DNA of 64,000 nucleotides, taken from positions 32,001 through 96,000 of the forward strand of contig CAWCKY010000002.1 of assembly GCA_963796275.1 (NCBI GenBank), written 5' to 3'. Under the pieces are notes generated by a model. That model ran no database searches. It was not told the DNA's origin and was given only the letters and a program-made list of their open reading frames with translations. This DNA comes from an uncultured Acidobacteriota bacterium (lineage in GTDB: Bacteria > Acidobacteriota > Blastocatellia > RBC074). Position 1 is the stretch's first letter; the number at the start of each line of letters is the position of its first letter. This document shows positions 41,523 through 52,160 of this stretch, piece by piece. A program made the translations under genes and the position numbers.

Positions 41523-41691
41523 ATCAGGGGTTATTGTCATTATTGATGCCTCAGAATTCATACCTAAGTGGGGAAGCGATCCCGTCACTTAGGCATCAAT
41601 AGTGGGACTGTGCCCATATGGTCGAAAGAAAGTGACGAGTTCCAAATGATCTACAAATAATCGTTATGCTTCGGTTGCTCCTGACATCTGT

Positions 41692-41779
41692 GCCGAACAA
41701 ACCGCTGCAGCCGACCCCCTCCAGCATACGCTCGTGCATCGCTCCCGCTTTCGGGCGCGGCTGAGCGGCAGCCTTAGGC
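41692..41779 (+). mobile_element. Solitary integron attC-like site
   Basis: R'' GCCGAAC; L'' gct[g]cagccg pairs with L' cggctgagc leaving an extrahelical G; R' CTTAGGC; 88 bp. Confidence 0.7.
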
Positions 41780-41864
41780 GCTCGCAGGTCAGATAACCCA
41801 CAATAAACCGGTAAATATATGATGAAGTTCAGTCACTGAAATCAAAAACCGACATGGAGAAAAT

Positions 41865-42098
41865 ATGACAACAAACGATGTTCGTTTTGGCACACACATC
41901 AAATGGTACTTTACGGCGCTCTTCAGGGCTCATATGCTTGATTACTCCAAAAATGCCCTCGACCTTTGGGATCTAGACAACGTAAAGGATAGCTTTGATG
42001 ATATCCGAAGTAGTATCAATAAAGACCAGAACGCGCCGGGTGTTATGCCGCCCTCGAGCCTCTGGGGACACATATGGGATAAAGGAACGATCAGATGA
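41865..42098 (+). CDS. Small hypothetical protein after attC, possibly truncated
   Basis: GGAG RBS; lower GC; F..HIK..F..HM..DLW..VK..MPP pattern. Confidence 0.5.
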   Translation: MTTNDVRFGTHIKWYFTALFRAHMLDYSKNALDLWDLDNVKDSFDDIRSSINKDQNAPGVMPPSSLWGHIWDKGTIR

Positions 42099-42904
42099 GC
42101 AATTCAATTAATAGCATGAAAGTAGTACAAGGAATGTCTCGGTGTCTCTGCCTGATAGTTTTGCTGTCGACCTGCGGCGCACTCTCCGCACAGAACGAAG
42201 ACCGTCGCATCCGGAATATTGTTCTCGTTCACGGGGCCTGGGCAGATGGTTCCGGCTGGAAGGGCGTTTACGACATTCTTGTCAAAGATGGCTACAACGT
42301 CAGCATCGTCCAGGAGCCGGAGACATCCTTTAAAGATGACGTGGCCGCGACGAAACGCATACTTGCTCAACAAGATGGACCATGCATTCTTGTCGCTCAT
42401 AGTTATGGAGGATCGGTAATCACTGAAGCCGGAACGGATCCGTCGGTTGCCGGTTTGGTATATGTCGCAGCTCACATGCCTGATGTTGGAGAAAATGAGG
42501 CTGACAACGGAAAACGCTTCCCAAGTGACATCAGCAAGTCTACCGCGATTAAGAAGACGGCTGACGATTTCACTTATCTAGACCCCGCGCAGTTTCATGA
42601 GTACTTCGCAGCCGACCTGTCTGCTGAACAGACTGCTTTCATGGCGCGATCGCAGGTACTCAATGCCGCTGACAATTTCAAAGGGGTCATTACGACGCCT
42701 GCGTGGAGAAGTAAACCGAGTTGGATGGTGGTACCCACAAAAGACAGAATAATCAACCCTGACCTCGAACGGTGGTATGCTACACGAGCTAACAGTCGCA
42801 AGGTTGAAGTACAAGGCGCCAGCCACTCGGTCTACATCTCCCGGCCGAAGGAGGTTGCAGCCGTGATCGAAGAAGCTGCTTCGCATGCCAGCCGATTGCG
42901 ATGA
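42095..42904 (+). CDS. Alpha/beta hydrolase
   Basis: VLVHGAW, AHSYGG, ASH. Confidence 0.9.
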   Translation: MSNSINSMKVVQGMSRCLCLIVLLSTCGALSAQNEDRRIRNIVLVHGAWADGSGWKGVYDILVKDGYNVSIVQEPETSFKDDVAATKRILAQQDGPCILVAHSYGGSVITEAGTDPSVAGLVYVAAHMPDVGENEADNGKRFPSDISKSTAIKKTADDFTYLDPAQFHEYFAADLSAEQTAFMARSQVLNAADNFKGVITTPAWRSKPSWMVVPTKDRIINPDLERWYATRANSRKVEVQGASHSVYISRPKEVAAVIEEAASHASRLR

Positions 42905-42994
42905 TTACAACTAGATCGTAGAGGGCAGGCACGATGAGTGAAGCGCTCGAAACCCGGACCGGCATCGCGATTCGCCAAATCAGGTGGATAGGTG

Positions 42995-43180
42995 GAAGAC
43001 TGCGTGAGGATCAGGGCGACTACATTTTCTGTAATCCGGACGGATCGCCGTTGAAGCCGGACACGGTCTCGGCCTCCGTGTCGCTTCTATTTCGCAATCT
43101 AAAATCGCCCGAGGGGCCAGCCTGCATACGCTCCGGGACACGCACGGGTCGCGCCTGCTTACTGCGGGCGTGCCGCTACT
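42995..43180 (+). pseudogene. Tyrosine integrase C-terminal fragment
   Basis: YIFCNPDGSPL..SLHTLR.THGS.LL.AG. Confidence 0.6.
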
Positions 43181-43923
43181 CTACGAGCGAACAGGAGACG
43201 ATACCAGCTCGATGAGGTCGAACGGATCAGGATTTACATTTTATTCTCTAAGAATCACCCCCATCATCCTTTCATCTTTGAAGCTATTTCTATTTTCAAT
43301 CTCTCCTCGACTGGCAATGACCACCAATGATTGATGCAAACAGCACCTGCGATGAAGCTCGAAATCCGGACTGACGGTGACGGAGCCGGAGATTTGGTGC
43401 CAGCAATTGGAATCAAAGAATTGACCGACTCATCGTATAACTTTCTTCGACTTTTTGCGGCTCTCAGCCTGCGCCATCGACGTTCCACAACGTCCGAAGG
43501 GGAGAACACAAATGGCAGGACTACCCGTACTCGGGGCTACGGGATTCGTCGGTGGAAGCGTCGTGCGTTTGACTCTGGACGAACCAAGAGTCTCTCGGAT
43601 AGTCCTTTGACTGCGACGAGTTCTGCCGTGTCTTTGAGCCGCCTCTACGCGCTCTGTTACTGAGTGATGGAAAGCGGCCTGCCATCGGGAATCAACCCTG
43701 AGCGCGAGCGAAGTGATAAAGAAGCGCGTCCGCAGGCTCGATGTAATTGATCATCGGGAGATAAGCTCCGTCCGCTTCGGCCGCGGCGTATACCTCCATA
43801 GCGACTGGGACTAATAGCCGCGGCCGAAGCCATCGGCGAATATATTGCCAAAGCCGCGCTTGCCAGCAGCCCCTCTTCCGGCCCCGGCTCAACTCTCGAA
43901 GTCAAAAGCTTGGCTCAGGGCCG

Positions 43924-44165
43924 ATGAATCCGGTTACAATGTATTTCTTGATTCAGAGCTATCTCGAAAGACTTCTCAGGGCGACAAAAGAAGTCGAGCG
44001 GGCAGATGGAACGAGGCAGAAAGAGTGCGTCTACACGCCACACTCTTTAATAGCGACGGGGACCAGGCGGCTCTTGGACGCCGGCGTGGACATTCGCAAA
44101 ATTCAAGAACTGCTCGGGCATAAGCACGTCACGACCACGCAGATTTATGACAAGCGCCGCGTACA
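43924..44165 (+). pseudogene. Tyrosine recombinase C-terminal fragment
   Basis: TPHSL..IQELLGHKHVTTTQIY. Confidence 0.8.
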
Positions 44166-44229
44166 ACGGCGGAGAACGCTTCGCAGGATAGCCGATTTAA
44201 GTGAATAGAAAACAGTTGAGGAGGAGAGG

Positions 44230-46041
44230 ATGGAAATTAGCTCCCGGCAGGACCTGGAGCGAGCGCTACAAGAATCGAGGGAGTCGGAGGCGCGGCTCCG
44301 AAAGATCGTCGACACGATTCCAACGCTGGCGTGGTGCAACTTGCCGGATGGTTCCAACGAGTTTGTTAATCAGCGATGGTGCGACTACACGGGTCTCTCT
44401 CCCGAAGAAGTACAACGGGTGGGCTGTAAAGTCGCAATTCATCCCGAAGACCTGCCGAAGTGGCTGGACGAGTGGCGAACGCTAGTAGCCTCTGGAGAAG
44501 GGGGCGAGATCGAAGCGCGCCTCCGCCGTCACGATGGAGCCTACCGCTGGTTCCTCATCCGAGTAGAACCCTTACAAGAAGAGTCCGGCGAGGTCGTCCG
44601 ATGGTATGGAACCAATACCGACATTGACGACCTGAAGCAGACGGAGGAGAAACTACGCGAAGACGAGCGCGAGGTTCGCCGGATTACGGATGCCATCGCA
44701 CAGACAATCGTGGTCCAGAATCCAAGCGGCGTGCCGATCTATGCCAATCAAGCGACTCTCGATTACACCGGGCTCACCATGGACGACGTCGTCTCTTCGG
44801 ACTTTCGTGCGCGAATCTTCCATCCGGAAGATCTCGAGCGGCTTCAAGCCGAGCGGGAAGCGGCGCTTTTACGCGGCCTCCCATTTGAAATAGAACAACG
44901 GACGCTGAGGAAGGATGGCCAGTATCGTTGGTTCCTCATCCAGTACAAGCCATTCCATGACGAACAGGGACGCCTTGTGCGTTGGTATGCGACCGGAACC
45001 GACATCGAGGATCGTAAACGAACCGAAGATAGGACGCGCAGTGAAAACGTTGCTCTGCGAGAAGAGGTTGAGCGCGCTTCTATGTTTGAGGAGATCATCG
45101 GTTCCTCTGATGCGTTGCAACAAGTTCTGGCGCAAGTCTCGAAAGTGGCCCCGACGGATACGACAGTATTGATCCTGGGTGAAACTGGAACCGGAAAGGA
45201 ACTGATTGCTCGCGCCATACACAAGCGATCTGCTCGCAGTTCCCGAGCTTTTATTCGCGTGAATTGCGCGGCAATTCCTCCATCGCTGATCGCCTCCGAG
45301 TTGTTCGGACACGAAAAAGGCGCTTTTACCGGGGCGGTACAACAGCGCATAGGACGTTTTGAGGCGGCTGACGGAGGAACGATATTCCTGGACGAGGTCG
45401 GCGATCTTCCGGCCGAAACTCAAATTGCACTTCTCCGAGTCCTCCAGGAGCGGGAAATTGAGCGCGTTGGGAGCATTAAGCCGATACCTACTGATGTCCG
45501 GGTACTGGCCGCGACCAACCGCGACTTAGATGACGCCGTTGCGGATGGCACATTTCGTAAGGACCTTTTCTATAGACTGAACATTTTTCCCATCCGGATT
45601 CCATCGCTTCGTGAACGAGCCGATGATATTCCCTTGCTGGTTGAGTACTTCATCGAGCGCTACGCGAAGAACGCCGGGAAAAAGATCAGAGGTATTAGCA
45701 AGCAGACACATGACCTGATTCAAAGCTACGAGTGGCCGGGCAACATTCGCGAGCTGCAGAATGTAGTCGAGCGAGCCGTTATTTTGTGTGATGGCGAAAC
45801 CTTCTGTGTGAACGAAACATGGCTCAAGCGGGGAAATCGGCAGCCTTTCGGGCCGACCGTTCTGCTCGCGACGACTCTGGAGGAGCGCGAGCGAGAAGCG
45901 ATTGAAACTGCATTGACAGAAGCCCGTGGCCGAGTGGGTGGGCCTAAAGGAGCGGCCGCAAAGCTTGGCATTCCACGCCAAACCCTCGAGTCAAAAATTA
46001 AGATGCTAGGGATTAACAAATTCCGTTTCAAAACACCGTAA
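44230..46041 (+). CDS. PAS-PAS sigma54-dependent activator (NtrC/FhlA family)
   Basis: [26 protein letters not shown], Fis-type HTH. Confidence 0.95.
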   Translation: MEISSRQDLERALQESRESEARLRKIVDTIPTLAWCNLPDGSNEFVNQRWCDYTGLSPEEVQRVGCKVAIHPEDLPKWLDEWRTLVASGEGGEIEARLRRHDGAYRWFLIRVEPLQEESGEVVRWYGTNTDIDDLKQTEEKLREDEREVRRITDAIAQTIVVQNPSGVPIYANQATLDYTGLTMDDVVSSDFRARIFHPEDLERLQAEREAALLRGLPFEIEQRTLRKDGQYRWFLIQYKPFHDEQGRLVRWYATGTDIEDRKRTEDRTRSENVALREEVERASMFEEIIGSSDALQQVLAQVSKVAPTDTTVLILGETGTGKELIARAIHKRSARSSRAFIRVNCAAIPPSLIASELFGHEKGAFTGAVQQRIGRFEAADGGTIFLDEVGDLPAETQIALLRVLQEREIERVGSIKPIPTDVRVLAATNRDLDDAVADGTFRKDLFYRLNIFPIRIPSLRERADDIPLLVEYFIERYAKNAGKKIRGISKQTHDLIQSYEWPGNIRELQNVVERAVILCDGETFCVNETWLKRGNRQPFGPTVLLATTLEEREREAIETALTEARGRVGGPKGAAAKLGIPRQTLESKIKMLGINKFRFKTP

Positions 46042-46158
46042 CAGTCAATGTCTTGCCGGAGCCTCACCTTCGTCGAGTTTTTTCAATTCTAGAGCGGGTT
46101 TGTCGAACATCGTAAATTGCTTCTGCCAAGAGGCCACGAATACCTGCGCCTGCGTGGT

Positions 46159-46270
46159 GCCGAAAATTCAGCTAAAGCTGAAAAGAATTTCGGCTAAAGC
46201 TGAAAAAATACTTGAGCAATTTGTCTAAGTGTAATGCATGCAAGAGTCCTGGTGTGGCCCTACCCTTGCA
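46159..46270 (+). promoter_or_regulatory. sigma54 promoter with upstream repeats
   Basis: TGGCCCTACCCTTGCA at 46255-46270; gctaaagctgaaaa repeated at 46171 and 46193. Confidence 0.6.
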
Positions 46271-46300
46271 AAAGGTATCCTGGGTTATCGGGGACGCAAA

Positions 46301-46567
46301 ATGACCTTCAAGATTGAAAAGGCTTACAGCGGACAAGTCACAACACTTCGGCTCATTGGGAGATTGAAGTCTGAGTGCCTTGGAGTATTGAAGGAACAAA
46401 TCGAGCACAGCGGTCCTCAAGTTGTATTAGACCTCGCGGAACTTGAACTCGTGGACGTAGAGGTGGTTCGTTTTCTTAACGCCTGCCAGAACGAGGGGGT
46501 GGGAATCGCGAATGGTTCTCCTTACATACGTGAATGGATGCTCCGTGAATGGGAGCCAGGAGCGTAA
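46301..46567 (+). CDS. STAS-like small protein
   Basis: LRLIGRL..VVLDLAELELVD..FL..YIREW. Confidence 0.75.
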   Translation: MTFKIEKAYSGQVTTLRLIGRLKSECLGVLKEQIEHSGPQVVLDLAELELVDVEVVRFLNACQNEGVGIANGSPYIREWMLREWEPGA

Positions 46568-46617
46568 ATATGCAATTGCCAACCCTGCCGGGTGTATGAC
46601 GAAGGAGGAAGGTACAA

Positions 46618-47019
46618 ATGAGTCAATCACAGACAGAGAAAAACAAGGCGCTCGTCCTTGAGGCGTTCGAGACGCTGTTCAATCAGCGGGACTACGAGGC
46701 GGCCGAGCGCTTTTGGTCGCCCAACTATATTCAGCACAGTGCACACATCGAGCCCGGTCGCGAGGGTCTCTTCGATCTCATTAAGAGTATTCCCGCAACA
46801 CTGAAGTATGAAGCGGGCGTGATTGTGGCCGAAGGGGATTTCGTAATCGTCCACGGCCGATTTTCCGGTTTCGGCCAGCCAGTTAACTGGATCGCCGCTG
46901 ACATCCTCCGCATCAAGGATGGTGTTCTCGTCGAGCACTGGGACGTAATTCAAGACGAGGCCTCCCGCGAACAATCTAAGAGCGGCCGGCCAATGTTCGG
47001 AGAGGGATTTCCGAAGTGA
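46618..47019 (+). CDS. SnoaL-like/NTF2 protein
   Basis: NKALV, YIQH, AEGDFV, VEHWDV. Confidence 0.9.
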   Translation: MSQSQTEKNKALVLEAFETLFNQRDYEAAERFWSPNYIQHSAHIEPGREGLFDLIKSIPATLKYEAGVIVAEGDFVIVHGRFSGFGQPVNWIAADILRIKDGVLVEHWDVIQDEASREQSKSGRPMFGEGFPK

Positions 47020-47040
47020 GCGCTAACGGGAGTAACAACT

Positions 47041-47769
47041 ATGGGCAAATTACAGGGGAAAGTAGCAGTCATCACCGGCGGCTCTACGGGGATAGGGTTG
47101 GCTACGGCAAAGCTCTTCGTCAGGGAGGGCGCCTATGTCTTCATCACGGGCCGTCGCCAGAAAGAACTCGATGAGGCCGTGAAGGCAATCGGCAGCAACA
47201 TTTCTGGCGTTCAGGGAGACGTTGCCAAACTGGCCGACCTTGATCGTCTCTACGAAACCGTCAAGGGAAAGGGGCGAATCGACATCGTTTTCGCCAACGC
47301 CGGCCTGGTTGAAATCGCTCCCTTGAAGGAAGTCACGGAAGAGAATTTCGACAAAATCTTCAACATCAATGTGAAGGGGACGCTCTTCACGGTGCAAAAG
47401 GCCCTACCGCTCTTGAACGACGGCGGATCCATTATTCTCATGGGCTCCGTCGCGAGCGCCAAAGGAACACCCGGGTGGTCGGTCTACGGCGCGAGCAAGG
47501 CCGCCATCCGGAACTTCGCGCGAGGCTGGACCGTGGAGCTGAAGGACCGCCGTATCCGCTCAAACGTCCTCAGCCCCGGTCCGATCGAAACACCACTTGC
47601 CGCGGCGCAGCCTCAAGACGTCATCGCGAGTATTGTGTCCACTATTCCGATGGGCCGCATGGGGGAGCCTGATGAAGTCGCCAAGGCGGCGCTGTTTCTG
47701 GCCTCGGATGACTCCAGTTTCGTCACGGGGATCGAACTATTTGTCGATGGCGGCAGAGCGCAGATCTGA
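47041..47769 (+). CDS. SDR oxidoreductase
   Basis: TGGSTGIG, ANAG, YGASK. Confidence 0.93.
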   Translation: MGKLQGKVAVITGGSTGIGLATAKLFVREGAYVFITGRRQKELDEAVKAIGSNISGVQGDVAKLADLDRLYETVKGKGRIDIVFANAGLVEIAPLKEVTEENFDKIFNINVKGTLFTVQKALPLLNDGGSIILMGSVASAKGTPGWSVYGASKAAIRNFARGWTVELKDRRIRSNVLSPGPIETPLAAAQPQDVIASIVSTIPMGRMGEPDEVAKAALFLASDDSSFVTGIELFVDGGRAQI

Positions 47770-47818
47770 TTAATTATTAGCGGCTAAACAACAACCGAAA
47801 ACAAAGGAAAGACAAAAC

Positions 47819-48574
47819 ATGGGCAACGGAAATGAAAAAGAACTGGCGGGCAAGGTCGCGCTCGTCACTGGCGGTTCGCGTGGCATTGGCGCAGCAATCG
47901 CGAAGCGTCTGGCCGCGGACGGAGCGAGCGTCGCTGTAACTTACTCCAAAGGCGCGGACGCCGCCTCGTCTGTCGTCAAAGCGATCGAACGCGCCGGCGG
48001 CAAGGCGGTCGCGATCCAGGCGGATGCCGCCGACGCCGATGCAGTCAGCAACGCCGTCGAAGGGACGGTCACGACATTTGGCCGGTTAGACGTGCTGGTG
48101 AACAACGCCGGCACGGTCATTCCGATGAAAGTCGAAGAGACGACGCTTGCCGACTTCGACCGCGTTTTTGCGGTCAACGTCCGCGGCGCCTTCGTCGCTA
48201 CTCAGGCAGCGCTCAAGCACATGAAGGCCGGCGGGCGAATAATCATGATTGGCTCGTGCGTCGGCGAGCGCGTGTTTATGCCCGGCATGGCGCCCTACTC
48301 GGCAACTAAGGGAGCCATCAAAATGTTTACGCAAGGGCTGGCGCGTGAGCTCGGAGCGCGCGGCATTACGGTCAATAATGTTCAGCCGGGGCCAATCGAC
48401 ACGGATATGAACCCCGCCTCAGGCGAGTGGGCCGCAGGCCAGAAGGCAGTCGTTCCGCTTGATCGGTATGGACACGCCGACGAGGTCGCAGCGCTGGTAG
48501 CGTTCGTCTCCGGTCCGGAGTCGTCATACGTCAACGGTGCGAGCCTGACAGTCGACGGCGGCACCAACGCCTGA
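47819..48574 (+). CDS. SDR oxidoreductase
   Basis: TGGSRGIG, NNAG, YSATK. Confidence 0.93.
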   Translation: MGNGNEKELAGKVALVTGGSRGIGAAIAKRLAADGASVAVTYSKGADAASSVVKAIERAGGKAVAIQADAADADAVSNAVEGTVTTFGRLDVLVNNAGTVIPMKVEETTLADFDRVFAVNVRGAFVATQAALKHMKAGGRIIMIGSCVGERVFMPGMAPYSATKGAIKMFTQGLARELGARGITVNNVQPGPIDTDMNPASGEWAAGQKAVVPLDRYGHADEVAALVAFVSGPESSYVNGASLTVDGGTNA

Positions 48575-48600
48575 CCGCAACGCAGATGGGAGGGATTCAC

Positions 48601-49536
48601 ATGGTCACTCGGACTGAAGACTATCATTCGGATCACGATGGGGGAACGTTTACTCCGATCGAAGCTACTACGGTAGCGACGTGGAAGGCGCGCACGTTTC
48701 TGGAGAACCTCACGGTCGACGCTGAGGGTGCAGTATTCGTCACCGTCTATTCGCACAATCGCATCGATCGCTACGATCCGGCGACAGGCGCGACGACCAC
48801 ATTCGCGGAGGTTCCGGCGCCGCCCATGGGGCTTGCGTTTGATGCCGGCGGCGTGCTTTGGATGACAGGCGGCACGCTGTATGAGGGGCCTGGGTTTATC
48901 TGGCGAGTCGAGCGGACCGGCGCCGTCCGGCAATGGTGTGAACTTCCGGACGCCACCTTCATAAACGGCTGCACGATGCATCCGAATGGGCGAACGCTTT
49001 TGGCCTGCGAGAGTTCCTCCGGCCATATCCTCGCGATCGATCTTGGCCAACCTGGCCGCTGGGACGTGTGGCTTCAGGGGGATCGACTCAAGCCGATCGT
49101 GCCCAAATATCCGGGGTCGAACGGGATCAAAATCCGCCAGGGCTGGGCGTGGATCAGCGTCTCAGGACGCAGATTATTGGTCCGCGCGCCCATCCAACCG
49201 GATGGCTCCGCCGGCGCTATCGAAATTGCGGCAGGGCGTCTCTGCACCGACGACTTCGCGTTTGGCATGTCCGGTTCGCTCTATATCACCACGCATCCCG
49301 AACACACGCTGGTTCGCCTCGACCCCTCAGGCGCTCGCACAACATTGGCAGGCCCCGAACAAGGTATGGTCGGGAGCACAGCCTGCGCCTTCGGAAGAGC
49401 GCCCGGCGACGAGAAGGCGCTCTATGTAACGACCGATGGCGGCTTTCTGATTCCCCATGAAAGTGGCGTCCAGGACGCCAAGCTCGTACGGATGGAAGTC
49501 GGCGAATCAGGCTGGCCTCTGCTGCAAGGAGTGTAA
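48601..49536 (+). CDS. SMP-30/gluconolactonase beta-propeller protein
   Basis: LENL, ING, SNG and DDFAF metal-ligand pattern. Confidence 0.8.
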   Translation: MVTRTEDYHSDHDGGTFTPIEATTVATWKARTFLENLTVDAEGAVFVTVYSHNRIDRYDPATGATTTFAEVPAPPMGLAFDAGGVLWMTGGTLYEGPGFIWRVERTGAVRQWCELPDATFINGCTMHPNGRTLLACESSSGHILAIDLGQPGRWDVWLQGDRLKPIVPKYPGSNGIKIRQGWAWISVSGRRLLVRAPIQPDGSAGAIEIAAGRLCTDDFAFGMSGSLYITTHPEHTLVRLDPSGARTTLAGPEQGMVGSTACAFGRAPGDEKALYVTTDGGFLIPHESGVQDAKLVRMEVGESGWPLLQGV

Positions 49537-49544
49537 CAGAAATA

Positions 49545-50480
49545 ATGATACGCATAGCCATCATAGACGATTATCAAAACGCGTCGCTGGAGATGGCCGA
49601 CTGGTCGCCGCTCGACGGGCGCGCCACGATCACCGTTTTCAATGACCATTTGTCCAATATCGACAAAGTTGTCGAGCGCCTCCTGCCATTCGACGTGGTC
49701 TGCATCATGCGCGAGCGCACACCGCTGCCACGGTCCGTCATCGGGCGCTTGCCGCGACTGAAGCTGATCGCATCGACCGGTCCCCGCAACGCGGCCATCG
49801 ATGTGGAGGCCGCGGCCGAACGAGGTATCGTGGTAGCGCATACGGGATACGATGCACGCTCCACCATCGAGATGACCTGGGCCTTGATCCTTGCGAGCGC
49901 GCGTCAGGTCGCATTGGAAAACGCGCATTTGCGCGCCGGCGGCTGGCAGCTCACGATGGGCGACAGTCTCCACGGTAAGACGCTCGGCGTTCTCGGCCTC
50001 GGCAACATTGGCTCGGAGGTTGCGCGAATCGGCCTCGCGTTCGGCATGGAAGTGATCGCCTGGAGCCAGAATCTCACGGCAGATAAGGCGCAAACATGCG
50101 GAGCGCGGCTGGTCTCCAAGGAGGAACTCTTCCGGAACGCTGACATCCTGACGATCCACCTCGTCCTGAGTCAAAGGACGAAGGGGGTGGTTGGAGCGGC
50201 CGAGTTGCAGGCAATGAAGCCATCGGCCAGACTCATCAATACCTCGCGTGGACCGATCGTTGACGAGCCGGCGCTCATCGAGGTTTTGCGTGAACGCCGT
50301 ATCGCTGGCGCGGCGCTCGACGTGTTCAACATCGAGCCCTTGCCGACGGATCACCCGTTCCGGTCGTTGGATAACGTCCTATCCACTCCGCATATCGGTT
50401 ACGTCGCCAGAGACCTCTACCGGATTTTCTTTGGTGATACGGTCAAGAATATCACGCGATGGTTGGCCCAACAGGCCTGA
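49545..50480 (+). CDS. D-2-hydroxyacid dehydrogenase
   Basis: GLGNIG, INTSRG, ALDVF, TPHIG. Confidence 0.93.
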   Translation: MIRIAIIDDYQNASLEMADWSPLDGRATITVFNDHLSNIDKVVERLLPFDVVCIMRERTPLPRSVIGRLPRLKLIASTGPRNAAIDVEAAAERGIVVAHTGYDARSTIEMTWALILASARQVALENAHLRAGGWQLTMGDSLHGKTLGVLGLGNIGSEVARIGLAFGMEVIAWSQNLTADKAQTCGARLVSKEELFRNADILTIHLVLSQRTKGVVGAAELQAMKPSARLINTSRGPIVDEPALIEVLRERRIAGAALDVFNIEPLPTDHPFRSLDNVLSTPHIGYVARDLYRIFFGDTVKNITRWLAQQA

Positions 50481-50656
50481 GCGATGCGAATCGGCAAACC
50501 GGAGGATGTCGCGGACGTAAGTCGCATTCCTGGCGTCAGACGGGGCGCGCTCGATCACGGGAGCGAGTATCCGTCAACGGTGGCTCGAAACTTTAAAACC
50601 CTGGCGTCTTGCCAGTGTCAGCAGCAACGGCCTGGATGAAAAAGGAGGAACGGCAA

Positions 50657-51670
50657 ATGGCAAAAATGAAAGTAGTGCAGGTACCGAAGCCGAGGGCGGA
50701 CTTCGAAGTCGTGGAACGTGAAATCCCGGAGCCCGGCTCTGGGCACGTGAGGATTCGCGTTCAAGCCTGTGGACTCTGCACAGCGATGTAATCACCAAGG
50801 AAGGCCTCTATCCCGGCATCTCGTATCCCCGCGTGCCCGGGCACGAGGTGGTGGGTGTAATCAACAAGGTCGGAGCCGGCGTGAAGGACTGGAATAAGGG
50901 CGAACGGGTCGGCGTGGGATGTGGGATGGCGGCCACGACGGCACTTGTCCCGCGTGCGGGAGAGGAGATTTCGTGAACTGCGCGAATGAGAAGGTTTGCG
51001 GAATTAGCTTCGACAGGGGCTATCAGGAATTCATGGTCGCGCCTGTCGAAGCGTTGGCCCGGATGCCCGAATCGCTCGATGCCGCCGAAGCCGCGCCGCT
51101 GATGTGCGCGGGAATTACCACATTCAATCCTCTCCGTCACAGCGGTGCGCTGCTGAGTGATCTTGTCGCCATCCAGGGGATTGGCGGGCTTGGCCACTTG
51201 GGAGTTCAGTTCGCAAAGAAATTCGGCTATCGAGTCGCGGCCATAAGCCGAGGGCTGGACAACGCCGCGCTCGCGAAAAAGCTGGGAGCGGATGTTTATA
51301 TCGATAGCGCCGCAACGGATGCCGCGGCCGAACTACAGAAACTCGGCGGTGCGCGCGCTATTCTTGCTACCTCGCCCGATGGGAAATCTATGTCGGCGCT
51401 GGTCGGCGGCCTGGGGGTGAACGGCACGCTCCTTGTTGTGGGAATCTCGATGGATCCCATTGAAGTGCCGCCCAATCATTTGATTATCGGCAAGAAGCGG
51501 ATCCAGGGCTGGCCGGGTGCATCTCAACCGACTCCGAGGACACGCTGCGCTTCGCGGAAATGACAGGCGTTCGCCCAATGATCGAAAAGTACCCGCTCGC
51601 GAAAGCCGCTCAAGGATACGCTCGGATGATGAGCGGGAAAGCAGAATTCCGCGTCGCTGGTTACATGTGA
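50657..51670 (+). pseudogene. Zinc alcohol dehydrogenase, frameshifted
   Basis: CG.CHSD, GHE, CAGIT, GIGGLG spread across several frames. Confidence 0.85.
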
Positions 51671-51769
51671 GGTCCAAGCACGCGCAACGAAGGTACGTGC
51701 CATGAGCGCCTAAGGGGGGAGAGGGGATCACACTGCACAGACCCGTCCCAGCGCAGTTTATCCGCTCCT

Positions 51770-51809
51770 TACCACGATCGTGGTATCCCCACATGCCACG
51801 ACAGTGGTA
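51770..51809. promoter_or_regulatory. Tandem palindromic operator
   Basis: Perfect TACCACGATCGTGGTA plus degenerate TGCCACGACAGTGGTA 24 bp later. Confidence 0.45.
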
Positions 51810-52027
51810 TGGAAAAAGCCCTTGATCTCGTGATGTTTTCTCGGTTCAAATGCCGGATGTTTGGTAAAGCAAAGCTGTCGAAAAGCCGGCACGCTGGCAT
51901 ATAGAAGGCGGCGCATCGTTTTGAAGCGATACCCGTAAAGCGACGATTGAAAGCTTCCGAGTCGCCGACGATTCGGGAACGACGAGGCCGCGGCTTCATG
52001 TTACTTGTGGGGTAATAGGTAACTTCA

Positions 52028-52137
52028 ATGACTGCCCCTAAGCCTATGAACATCTTGAGCGTTGAGGACCACCCGGTTTCATGAAGGACTGAGTATGATC
52101 ATTGGGTCGCAGTCAGATATGCTTCTAGTTGGGCAGA
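52028..52137 (+). pseudogene. NarL-type receiver N-terminal fragment
   Basis: ILSVEDHPVF.EGL..II.SQ.DM.LVG. Confidence 0.55.
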
Positions 52138-52160
52138 ACGGCTTTCCAGAGGTGTTCGAA

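Noticed and set aside
42934-44208. Integrase fragments as the integron integrase for the attC site
   Set aside because: They are short C-terminal scraps with no visible IntI-specific insertion and no attI.
51895-51910. Possible sigma54 promoter TGGCATATAGAAGGCG
   Set aside because: GG-N10-GC spacing is present but the -12 TTGC context is poor.
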